The position numbers and the translations under genes are program-made. From a virus, in the IMG/VR virus record IMGVR_UViG_3300011266_000026: 37,995 nucleotides of DNA; one strand, written 5' to 3'. This document shows, in pieces, positions 14,544 through 23,700 of this stretch; the stretch's first letter is position 1; every line of letters begins with the position of its first letter. The notes under the pieces were generated by a model, which was not told the origin of the DNA, did not search any database, and saw only the letters and a program-made list of their open reading frames with translations.

Positions 14544-15509
14544 TTATAAAATCTCTATGTTTGCTTTGTATTTGGCAAATTCTTCTAATGATTTTTTGGC
14601 GACGGTGGTATGGTGCCAGAATAAACCTTTTGAAATGGTATGCAGATCTTGGTGCATAATTCCCATCATTTTTTCTTGATGTTTAATGGTTACTTTCAAC
14701 TTTTCATTTTCTCTTCGTAAACGATTTCCTTCTTCAAGACTATTGGAAAAATTAAATTCTACAATTTCACGATCTTTATTAGCCTTAGCTAAATTCTCAA
14801 TGGTTTGTGTAAGGATCGCTTTCTTCATTGTAAGTTCATTCTCTACCTTTTGAAGATCATTTTCTACATGTTCTACATTGGAAGTGATGCGGTCAATAAT
14901 TCCTTCAGCCGCCTCTAATTTGCAAGCAGTACATTTTCCACACCGTATGTGAATACTATCTTTAGTTCGTTGAAATGGACATGCATAAGTATCCTGTAAA
15001 GATTTCAATTGTTCATTTTCATAATGTAATTGAATGCTCTTTTTGGCGAGATGTTCATTGTTTACTTTTTCTGCTTTAAGCAATGCTATTTCTTTCTCCA
15101 TGGCAGAATTTTTTTCCCGAAGCGTATCTGCTGTTGTTTTAGCTTCACGGATAAGTTTATTTTGTTCTTGAATGTGTTCGCAAGCATATTTACGATTACT
15201 TTCACATGTTTCCAAGTCTCGGGTAAGTTTAGTGATTATACGTTCGCGTTCCGCCAAAGTTGCGGTATGTTGTAGCTTTATATATTGAACTTCGGCGGAG
15301 AGTTTTTGATAGTTTTCAGAAAGTTTTGTATAGTCTAAAGATAGTCTTTGAATTTGTTCCTCTTTGTCATTCAATTTTAAATTTGCGTCTTCAAGCTTGT
15401 CTAATGCAAAATCTCGGTCTGCTTCGGCGTTAACACATGTATGTAGAAGGGTTTCCCACTGATAAAATGGAATAGCGTCGGGGTTATTTTCAGAATTTGA
15501 TGTTTTCAT
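14544..15509 (-). CDS. coiled-coil protein with central CxxC...CxxC knuckle (321 aa)
   Basis: Heptad-like E/K/L-rich sequence containing CPFQ...CGKCTAC. Confidence 0.8.
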   Translation of the reverse strand: MKTSNSENNPDAIPFYQWETLLHTCVNAEADRDFALDKLEDANLKLNDKEEQIQRLSLDYTKLSENYQKLSAEVQYIKLQHTATLAERERIITKLTRDLETCESNRKYACEHIQEQNKLIREAKTTADTLREKNSAMEKEIALLKAEKVNNEHLAKKSIQLHYENEQLKSLQDTYACPFQRTKDSIHIRCGKCTACKLEAAEGIIDRITSNVEHVENDLQKVENELTMKKAILTQTIENLAKANKDREIVEFNFSNSLEEGNRLRRENEKLKVTIKHQEKMMGIMHQDLHTISKGLFWHHTTVAKKSLEEFAKYKANIEIL

Positions 15510-15751
15510 GATTTACTTTGTTTCCATGGATTTTCTACGTCTAATGCTATGGGAGGTTGTGTTTGTCCACTTATGATGTAAACCCACAGGTTTCCAGTCC
15601 AGAGGAGTTTGAGTCGTTCTTTCCAAGTAAGGTTCCAACAGGAAATACAAAGCTTACCATCACAATAAACAGGAAGGGTTCCACAATTGTCTTCCATGCC
15701 TTTTGGTGCGAGAAGTTTCTTATTGGCTTGGGAAAATGTTATAGGTATCAT
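15506..15751 (-). CDS. hypothetical protein (81 aa)
   Basis: ORF with a 4-nt overlap. Confidence 0.65.
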   Translation of the reverse strand: MIPITFSQANKKLLAPKGMEDNCGTLPVYCDGKLCISCWNLTWKERLKLLWTGNLWVYIISGQTQPPIALDVENPWKQSKS

Positions 15752-15975
15752 ATTTCGGTTTCTTTAATAATTTCAAGTTTACTTTGAGAAAATGTGCGGC
15801 GTTTTTCTGCTTCAATCATTAGGTCGTTAAGAGTTTCTTCTGCTTCACCTAATGTGAGTGGCCAACGCGAAAATCCCCAGCAACTTTCCCATCGATCCCA
15901 ATATAACGGAATAAACCCAAATGCATATTTACGTAGGTAATAGGTATTGTGTTTTTTTAAAAGTTGAATTTTCAT
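15748..15975 (-). CDS. hypothetical protein (75 aa)
   Basis: ORF with a 4-nt overlap. Confidence 0.65.
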   Translation of the reverse strand: MKIQLLKKHNTYYLRKYAFGFIPLYWDRWESCWGFSRWPLTLGEAEETLNDLMIEAEKRRTFSQSKLEIIKETEI

Positions 15976-15976
15976 A

Positions 15977-16582
15977 TTAATCAGTATAAGCTATATATTT
16001 GAATTTTCCGTTACCAAAGTATTCAAATCTTCCTCCGAATGTACCTTCTACAACTTTTCGTACCTCTTCCATAGTTGTACCTTCGGGGTAGACGCCTTCT
16101 TTAATCATAGAAAAGTGAGTATGTGAATAGTTTCTATAATCAATTTTGGTTGGGTCCAGTGGTCGTGGAGTAAACATTTTGTAAATATTGGTTGCAGAAT
16201 TATTAGCTGAACGAATGTCGGTTTCTATGCGTTCTAGGATTTCAGCAGCTCGAATTGCTACCGCTTCTGCTCCGCGATTATGTTCAGCGTGATGTCCTGC
16301 ACATTGTCTGAATTGTTTAGATTGGTCTTTTATGTAGTTCAAAACCTCAGCTAACAAGATATTGTCTATATCATTAATATTGACTACATAATCATTAATA
16401 ACGTCATCTTTTTCTTCCCAACCACATTCTGGACAGAAATTCCGTGGAGAAGTACATTCTCCACATGGAGGACAAATATGACAGGAACAGTTTTCTACAG
16501 GATGTGTAGCGATAATACCTTTGCAACTATTACGGTTGCAAATTTCTCTTTCTTCCATGCCATATTTGAGTTCTGTTTTCAT
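15977..16582 (-). CDS. Cys-rich protein (201 aa)
   Basis: N-terminal CNRNSC...CSCHICPPCGEC...CPECG. Confidence 0.75.
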   Translation of the reverse strand: MKTELKYGMEEREICNRNSCKGIIATHPVENCSCHICPPCGECTSPRNFCPECGWEEKDDVINDYVVNINDIDNILLAEVLNYIKDQSKQFRQCAGHHAEHNRGAEAVAIRAAEILERIETDIRSANNSATNIYKMFTPRPLDPTKIDYRNYSHTHFSMIKEGVYPEGTTMEEVRKVVEGTFGGRFEYFGNGKFKYIAYTD

Positions 16583-16764
16583 ATCAATACTGTTCCACTT
16601 GGATAATTGACTTGGAGTTTTGCTTTAAGTTTCTTAGCATTCTTCAAACAAATACTACAAACCTTCCAATTATCACTATCAAATGAGTCGGCAAACAACA
16701 TATACCCACGTCCTTCACATACGCCACAATTTTTATCTGGAAGAGCAGTTTTTGTTATTTTCAT
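16579..16764 (-). CDS. small CxxCxGxG zinc-finger protein (61 aa)
   Basis: CGVCEGRG...CSIC. Confidence 0.6.
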   Translation of the reverse strand: MKITKTALPDKNCGVCEGRGYMLFADSFDSDNWKVCSICLKNAKKLKAKLQVNYPSGTVLI

Positions 16765-16772
16765 ATTTAGAA

Positions 16773-17129
16773 TTATTTCAAACGATTTCGTTTTACTTTA
16801 AAGTATACTTTTGCTTTTTGTTGCCAAGATGCAGAAATACAATTGGAGAAAGAACCACATTCTTCTTTTAAAGCAGTTCCATAGTCAAACCATAATGAAT
16901 TGTCTTGTTCACGAAATGAATTTACAAGAGTATAAACAATCCAATCCCATTCACGGTCGGTAATTTCTTTATCACTATCAATCCATCTGAATTTAGTAAT
17001 GTAGCAATCTTGGGATATTGCTCTCCAAGCAGGCGAAAAAGCAGGTTGTATGTCAATCTTAATTAACTTTGGCAATTCTTTTGAAAGCTCTATTTTTAAT
17101 TGATACTCAAACATGTTATTTAGGTTCAA
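16773..17129 (-). CDS. hypothetical protein (118 aa)
   Basis: ORF track only. Confidence 0.7.
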   Translation of the reverse strand: MNLNNMFEYQLKIELSKELPKLIKIDIQPAFSPAWRAISQDCYITKFRWIDSDKEITDREWDWIVYTLVNSFREQDNSLWFDYGTALKEECGSFSNCISASWQQKAKVYFKVKRNRLK

Positions 17130-17757
17130 ATTCCAATTTTAATTCTTCATATTTTTTCTTACGTTCTAGTTTAGCGTAATCTTCTTTAGATAATCCTATA
17201 CCGCCGCCATCTTTTTTCTCTCCATGATGGTCAATTGGTAGCCAAGTCTTTTTAGCCATAATTGCTTCAACTTCATCAAAATTGATAGGTCTATAGTTAT
17301 GACAATCCACACCACAATCAAATGATAGTGAATTTGGATCATCTGGAAGAGAACCGTGGGAATGACCATAAAGATGCCATGCTCCATGATGAGATTTATT
17401 CCATACTTTCATTGCATAATGACAGAGAGTAATGTCTTTTCCATTTATAGTAGTCTCATGATAAGAGTCATACGCAGCATAGAATTTCCTTCGATTTGCC
17501 CATGCAAGTCTGTCATGATTACCTTTTACAAAGACAATCAATCCTTTGAGACGATTTAAATATGAGTCAAATGAATAATCTTCTCGTCCAAAACAAAAGT
17601 CTCCAAGATGATAAACGAGATCTCCGTCATTTACAACTGCATTCCAATTTGTTATAATAGCTTCATTCATTTCTACGCTATTTTTAAATGGACGATTGCA
17701 GTATTTGATAATGTTTGCGTGCCCGAAATGGGTATCGGATGTAAACCAATAATTCAT
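17116..17757 (-). CDS. calcineurin-like metallophosphoesterase
   Basis: MNYWFTSDTHFGH, HLGDF, GNHD and GHSH motifs. AGGA lies upstream of ATG 17757. Confidence 0.85.
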   Translation of the reverse strand: MNYWFTSDTHFGHANIIKYCNRPFKNSVEMNEAIITNWNAVVNDGDLVYHLGDFCFGREDYSFDSYLNRLKGLIVFVKGNHDRLAWANRRKFYAAYDSYHETTINGKDITLCHYAMKVWNKSHHGAWHLYGHSHGSLPDDPNSLSFDCGVDCHNYRPINFDEVEAIMAKKTWLPIDHHGEKKDGGGIGLSKEDYAKLERKKKYEELKLEFEPK

Positions 17758-17829
17758 ATTTCCTTTTTTTACTATGCACCCTATGTGCATTTTTGTTTTG
17801 TTTTATTATTTCGGATAAGACTATCAGAA

Positions 17830-18054
17830 TTATTTGGAGTTGTCAAGATGTCTTTCTTTACTCCATTGTATCCACCCGTAAACATTCATAATTCCAAATA
17901 CGACCCATGTTAAAATAAGTGCATATTCTTTATGTGGATAGATATGAATAATCCATAGAATATTGGAGATTAACCATATTGGCCAACAGATGATTTTTTG
18001 TTTGGCGTTTAGAAAAACTCCTACTATAGAAAAAAGAGTGGCAAGCCAATCCAT
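17830..18054 (-). CDS. 3-TM PnuC-like (half-size) membrane protein
   Basis: LNAKQKIICWPIWLISNILW...FGIMNVYGWIQW resembles the first triple-helix bundle of the nicotinamide riboside transporter PnuC. Confidence 0.55.
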   Translation of the reverse strand: MDWLATLFSIVGVFLNAKQKIICWPIWLISNILWIIHIYPHKEYALILTWVVFGIMNVYGWIQWSKERHLDNSK

Positions 18055-18257
18055 TATTCGTCCGAAGGGTCGTAAGGTTCAAATTCAGGTGAGAAAACAA
18101 AACATGGCTTTTCATAAAGACGAGGACCGCCTTTTAGAAATGTTTCTTCTTCTCCTGCTTGAAAAGCGCCACTATCAATATAATCTACTTCTATACAATA
18201 AGGTTTGAGTTTTTCCCAAGCTTCTTTTAATTCTGGATGTTTTTCAAAAAGGTTCAT
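18054..18257 (-). CDS. hypothetical acidic protein (67 aa)
   Basis: ORF overlapping both neighbours by 1-4 nt. Confidence 0.6.
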   Translation of the reverse strand: MNLFEKHPELKEAWEKLKPYCIEVDYIDSGAFQAGEEETFLKGGPRLYEKPCFVFSPEFEPYDPSDE

Positions 18258-18502
18258 GTTAAAGTTTTTCCTATAGATGGATGGCTTTTTACCCGTGATT
18301 GAATATGATTTTTTAAGGCTACTTCACAAGAAATTAAAAAATCTTCACTAACTCGGGAAAATTTTTGAGCACGATTTGCTTTGGCAAATTCCAGTGCAAA
18401 TTTTTTACACGCTGAACGATTGATATATTTGAAGCGATACCGAGGACGATTGTTCTCTATAGTGTCATTTGGGATATTTTGTTCACTCATAACAGTTATC
18501 AT
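18254..18502 (-). CDS. histone-fold-like (DUF1931-like) small protein
   Basis: RVSEDFLISCEVALKNHIQSRVKSHPSIGKTL aligns by eye with bacterial histone Bd0055 (SAETIDVLSKAIEQLCLKGVESAKADGRKTV, recalled). Confidence 0.4.
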   Translation of the reverse strand: MITVMSEQNIPNDTIENNRPRYRFKYINRSACKKFALEFAKANRAQKFSRVSEDFLISCEVALKNHIQSRVKSHPSIGKTLT

Positions 18503-18572
18503 AGAAGATATTGAAAAAATGTCAATAACAATGTTTTTGAGAATATCAATAGTACGTATTGGTGTAATCTAT

Positions 18573-18797
18573 ATGATGAAGTTCAAGAATAATAAATTAG
18601 AATTGTTCAAAGAATTACGCAAACTTGTAACGGAAAATTTGAACAATGCAAATGTTAACGTTGACTTGGAATATGAGGTTGCTGAATTGTTAACTGAAAT
18701 TACAGATAAACGTAAATTGCGAAGATTAAAACTTGTCCGAAAAGAATTGGATAAATTGATTGAACAATTATCCGAAAAAGAGGTTAAAAATGATTAA
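18573..18797 (+). CDS. hypothetical coiled-coil protein (74 aa; alternative start 18519)
   Basis: The upstream part of the track ORF overlaps the minus-strand gene. Confidence 0.5.
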   Translation: MMKFKNNKLELFKELRKLVTENLNNANVNVDLEYEVAELLTEITDKRKLRRLKLVRKELDKLIEQLSEKEVKND

Positions 18798-18850
18798 TAG
18801 TATGTTTATACTAAATCGCTATGTTACATTTCATGCAGAAATAATTGCAT

Positions 18851-19186
18851 TTATTGTGTATTTGCTAGTTTCTTGATTTCATTTAAAACTGCAATTTGAG
18901 TTTCTATTCGTAATGATTTGACTACAACAGTTTGGGGATAAATCCCTATGGTGTCTATTCGTACTCCATCCACAAATTCATATTCATTTAGAATATAGGA
19001 TACATAATCCATCATTCCTTTTGGCTTCATCCATTGGTAATACATGTCTTTCATGTCTTGAGTTGTATGAAATAAAACATCCATTCCGAGATCGTAATGA
19101 CAAATTTGGGTTATGGTGCGGAAGACCATCGGTTCGCTGGGCGGTTCTACCAGTGCATCTGAGATAGTTATAATTTCACTTCTCAT
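18851..19186 (-). CDS. hypothetical protein (111 aa)
   Basis: ORF track only. Confidence 0.7.
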   Translation of the reverse strand: MRSEIITISDALVEPPSEPMVFRTITQICHYDLGMDVLFHTTQDMKDMYYQWMKPKGMMDYVSYILNEYEFVDGVRIDTIGIYPQTVVVKSLRIETQIAVLNEIKKLANTQ

Positions 19187-19209
19187 ACTACTAATAAATA
19201 TGTAGTATT

Positions 19210-19608
19210 ATGAAGTTCAATTCTAAAAGCGTGTTATTAAATGATGGTGTTCCCATGAACCTTAAAGTTCACTTTCCAGATGGAATGCCAAGTTCTGCAA
19301 TTTCATCAGACAAATGGGTTAATGCTCTCCTGAAATTTAATTCCGAAGTGTTGAATACTCGTGCATCTGTATCCGAAAAATGTAAGGGGCATGATGTAGA
19401 TGTTCTCTATTTGACACTGGTAGATGGACACATTGAAATCAACATGGTTGGTTATAGACATGACGTGCCCGATTTGTTAGACACCAAGTTCACAGTAACT
19501 GGTCAACTGGTGTACACTTCCAATACAACCCTAGATGAAATTGTTATAAAAAATGTCCTGTATGAAGAAAACGGGCAGAAGAAGCCATTGATTTCAAATA
19601 ATAGTTGA
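19210..19608 (+). CDS. hypothetical protein (132 aa)
   Basis: ORF whose TGA stop lies inside the tmRNA promoter -35. Confidence 0.7.
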   Translation: MKFNSKSVLLNDGVPMNLKVHFPDGMPSSAISSDKWVNALLKFNSEVLNTRASVSEKCKGHDVDVLYLTLVDGHIEINMVGYRHDVPDLLDTKFTVTGQLVYTSNTTLDEIVIKNVLYEENGQKKPLISNNS

Positions 19609-19633
19609 CATTTAGATTGGGTTCTGTCATAGT
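19605..19633 (+). promoter_or_regulatory. sigma70-type promoter for tmRNA (TTGACA-N17-CATAGT)
   Basis: TTGACA 19605-19610 and CATAGT 19628-19633, 14 nt before the mature 5' end. Confidence 0.55.
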
Positions 19634-19647
19634 TATTGACATACATT

Positions 19648-20048
19648 GGGGCCGAAAGGTTTCGATTGAAGTTCTTTGATCGTGGATAGCACGTAGAGGA
19701 TGATTGCTTGGCCTCTCAAAAAATGTGATCAAAAAATTAAATGCTAATCGTTTGAACGAATTGGCCGCACTTGACTTCGAGTTCTCCTTGAACGGCGAAG
19801 CTAAGACCGAATTGGCTTTGGCTTAATTTGGAGGTAAGGGAAAGATGCTCGCTATTGACCTTACTACGCTTACAGCGAGTAAAACCGCTTGAGGTTCTAA
19901 TCTCAAGACTGCTGGCATACCCGAGTATGGATAGTCCTTCGCCGTGATTTCTGGTTTTCGGCGTGGCACGAAATTCAAATCAGATAAACGTGTAGAAGTT
20001 TGCGAAATAAGGTTTCAAGACCCGACTTCGATGTCGGCGGCTCCACCA
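19648..20048 (+). ncRNA. ssrA: tmRNA (transfer-messenger RNA)
   Basis: The 5' GGGGCCG pairs with the 3' CGGCUCC-A-CCA, giving a G3:U70 pair. GGUUUCGA is the D-loop analogue and CCGAC-UUCGAU-GUCGG is the T-arm. An A-rich stretch precedes the tag ORF GCT 19743 to TAA 19826, which ends ...ELALA. Confidence 0.85.
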
Positions 20049-20052
20049 ATTT

Positions 20053-20092
20053 ATTCAGGAGTCAAATGTTATTTGACTCCTGAATTTCTTTA
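20053..20092. terminator. 15-bp-stem hairpin terminator shared by tmRNA and the convergent HNH gene
   Basis: ATTCAGGAGTCAAAT (20053-20067) pairs with ATTTGACTCCTGAAT (20071-20085), followed by a T-rich run. Confidence 0.7.
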
Positions 20093-20628
20093 ATAAACTT
20101 CTTAATTTCTTCCCGAGTGAAGGAGTTTTTTGCATAATTAATAGCCATGCATACAAACTCAACATTTCCTTTTATATAGCCTTTTGTAGAGTCAATTCTA
20201 TCAAGACTTGCTTTCTTAGGGGAACGAATTGAATGATACCCAGTTATATTTTTCCCAATTTCCATTTTTATCCCAGTGTAAGGACAAATTCCGTTTTGAG
20301 AGTCCCATAGTTCTTTTAAATACTGTAAATCTAAATTAGGGCGATCTTGAAACTTAGAATTTTTCCTATGCCGTTGTGAGTCTCTAGTTCTTTTCAAATA
20401 TTCTCTAAAGGGAGAATATGCATCTGTGGCATCATATGGTGGATAGCCTTTTATTCGTTCATATCTTTTTTTCTTTTGTTCTTCGCTTAAATTTTTTTGA
20501 GTAAATGTTGACCAACACGACTTTGAACAAAAATGAAGTCGTTTCATTTTTTCAGCGTAGTTATAATGATGTTTTAACTTTTCAAATTCTATTTTACATT
20601 CTTTACAAATTACTTTTATTGTACTCAT
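20062..20628 (-). CDS. HNH homing-endonuclease-like protein
   Basis: CKECK zinc ribbon and CPYTG...SLDRIDSTKGYIKGNVEFVCMAINYAKN (HNH_3-like). Confidence 0.85.
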   Translation of the reverse strand: MSTIKVICKECKIEFEKLKHHYNYAEKMKRLHFCSKSCWSTFTQKNLSEEQKKKRYERIKGYPPYDATDAYSPFREYLKRTRDSQRHRKNSKFQDRPNLDLQYLKELWDSQNGICPYTGIKMEIGKNITGYHSIRSPKKASLDRIDSTKGYIKGNVEFVCMAINYAKNSFTREEIKKFIKEIQESNNI

Positions 20629-20648
20629 GATATAGTTAAATATCAAAT

Positions 20649-20683
20649 ATAGGAGTATAAATAATTATATTTTATACTCCTAT
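20649..20683. promoter_or_regulatory. 13-bp inverted repeat in divergent control region
   Basis: ATAGGAGTATAAA-N9-TTTATACTCCTAT lies between the starts at 20628 (-) and 20728 (+). Confidence 0.45.
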
Positions 20684-20727
20684 GTTTTATTTATTTGATT
20701 TAACTCCATAGAACGATATTTATTTAC

Positions 20728-23700
20728 ATGCCAATTTTGTTATCTGATCAATTAAAGCAAATTCAACAATTGAATGAATTGCAATATCATGCTCCTGTAT
20801 TTGATAAAAAATACTACGATAAATCACATGGTACACAACATTCTATTGGCCGTATGGATGGAAGAAGAATGTTTCATGATTTCTATGCTATGGAATTTTT
20901 ATGGTCCTTTTTAGGAAGTGGTCAAATTCCGAAAGGAGAACGTGAAAAACGTTTGGCAATGGACCCAGAAGATCCAAATAGAGATGTTGTTCCTAATAAA
21001 TCTCATAAATTTTTACCTGATCAAGCTGTAAAAACTATTGATAGTGTATATGAACAAGTAACTAATGCTGTAGCAAAAAATTTGTTAGCTTATATTCGTT
21101 TGGCAGTAGTCCAAGAATTTCAATATTTAACTGTTCATGCTGATGGGTGGACTCATTTTCGTCAATCATTAATTTCTGCATATAATGCAGAAGGAAAAAT
21201 TTCAAAAAAGGAATATGATGCATTGGTTAAAGAATATATTCCAAAAATGGCAAAATATCCATTAACCATTAGAAAACTACTTAAATTTTCTAAATATTTT
21301 AGTTCAACATATACTTTTAAAGACTCGGATGCATATGATGTATCTCGTCGTAAAGAAAAACAATCAACTCAAACTTCTGAACCAACACCTGAAACAGAAC
21401 CTAAGACTTCGGAAGAACCTGATACGACAGATTATGAAGCCGAACCTACAAGTAGAGAATTTGGAAAATATGGTGGAAAAGATCAACCAACCTCTCCATA
21501 TGAACCTGAAATTCCTTGGTCTGGAATGTCAAGTTTTAATGATGCTGGCGATCTTCCAAAAATACCAAGTGAGGATGACGATGCTGATTTGGAACAACCA
21601 TTAAACGAACAACTTCTTACCGAAGAAGATATAAATACACATAAGGTCAAACAAGTATATCATGCTATGAACAAGGCAGGTATTACTTTAGACGATATTG
21701 AAAAAGCATATAATTATATTCCGTGGGATGGGGCATATGGTGGGCCGCGTTGGGGTGCTGGAGTGATTGCTTTATTAAAATTAGTTCATGCAAAAAAGAA
21801 TTTGTCTACAGAAGACATGAACCACATTATTGATCATATCTATGATTTACAACATAATACTGGTTCTCTTCTTAATAAAGGTCCAATGTATGTATCTGAA
21901 AATGATCTTAATAGACGATATAAGATTACAGATGTAATGCGATTTGTTCCATTTGTTTCTCCATTAATTAAAGATATAATACTTCGTTACCAAAAATATC
22001 TTCGTAATGATCCCGCCCAAGCAGAGCGAGAAGCTAAAATGGAGACTTTAATACAGTCTCCAAAACTTCCATTATTGCCTGAAGAACAAAATGAATTGCA
22101 ATCTATGGGTTTCCAAAAATTGGATGACAACACTTATAGAGTTGCTATGAATTTTAAAAATAAACAAGGAAAGTCAGTTGGGGGGGTTTATTATGAAATT
22201 ACTAAACGAGAAGTTGGAACATTAGTTAATGGAGAATTTAAAAAGCAAGAGAATGCTAATCCATTATATCTTGTATCTGATAATTTATTAGCGGATGTTA
22301 AAGCATTTGACACATTTCCTGAAGCCAAGGCATATTTAGAAACTTACAAACATGAAATGAATGACCATGGTTCTGTAGGAACTTTATCATCTGCACAAGC
22401 CTCAGTTCCTCCTGCAATAAAATCTGAGAAACAGATTTATATTGATAAACATCATAAAATTAAATTAAGTCCAGAAAAAGAACAACAACTTTTGAACATC
22501 AATCTTGGTTGGAGAAATAAACCAAGTAGTCAATATTATAAAGCTTATTTTGCGGACGGTGGAAGATTACATTTTTATGCATTTAGTGATGGGTCATATT
22601 TAATTACATTTCAAAACGATATTCTTTATAAAATATTCCATGAGTTTCAGCCTGCATTTCAATATGCTGCAATGCTAACAAAAACGGCACAACCATATCC
22701 AGAAAAAGAAAAAATGCAAGCAGAAATTAATGCTGCATTACATAAATCTGCAAGTCCAAGTGTGTTTACTCTTAAATATTTAATAAGTCCTGATCAGTTT
22801 TCTAAGCTTGAAAGTATGATGAAAACATATTCGCAATCAGGAAATGTTAAATATGATGTTTTATTGCATAAAAATGGATTGGCGGTTGTATATCAATCTT
22901 TATTAACCACAATGTCTCCCGCGAAACCTATACCTATATTTGGTGTGGGTAAAGAAATAAAGGATGAAAATACTGTTGTTCCTCATTGGAAACTTATTAG
23001 ACTTGATCCATTTACTGGTGATGAATTACATGAATGGGCGTTTTCAACAATAGAAGAGTTATTTCCATATCTTCTAAAATTAATGAGTGGAAATATTCCG
23101 TCTTCATCTGGACAAAAAATTACTACAGTTACTCCATCTACTTATGTTTCTCCAAGTGGAAAACAATTACCTCCAAATGCAACATCAAAGGTTGCATACA
23201 GTGTTCATAGTGGCATTTCTATTCCACCAAAGTCTACCATTCGACTTACCAAAGAAGATGAAACTAAACTAGTTGCTATAGGATTTGAACCTAGAATTGT
23301 AGGTAATGATGTATGGTACATTCACAAACCATCGGGTGATACTGTTAAATTTTATCCTAATAATACTGCAAAATTATTATTTACAAGTCAATCTTCATCT
23401 AAATTACCAACTCTTAATAAAGACATTGAAGGTATGTTGACATGGTTGCCAACAAAATATAATAATCAAACATCTAAGTCTCCAATTGTAACAAAGGGCG
23501 GAACACAATCTATTGTTAATAAAGGAGTTAAGGCTGGAATACTGTTTGATAAAGATATAATAAATGCAGGTTTCAGTTGGAATGAAAGTAAATCTTGTTA
23601 TATTGGAAAAGATGGTGATGATCTTCATATTAGACCAGATCGTTCATCCTATTTGAATGTACATAATATTGAAGGAGTTGGTGATCAGTCCTATGAATTT

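Noticed and set aside
19544-19732. 62-aa minus-strand ORF
   Set aside because: It overlaps the tmRNA promoter and the tmRNA 5' domain, and the RNA-gene interpretation explains the sequence far better.
19648-20048. The tmRNA as a host ssrA gene marking a prophage or genomic-island integration junction
   Set aside because: The gene is complete, not a 3' fragment duplication. It has a dedicated promoter and terminator. Both flanks are phage-like ORFans or HNH genes, and no integrase or direct attL/attR-type repeat of the 3' end is visible in the window. A host-derived capture cannot be excluded without comparing to the host.
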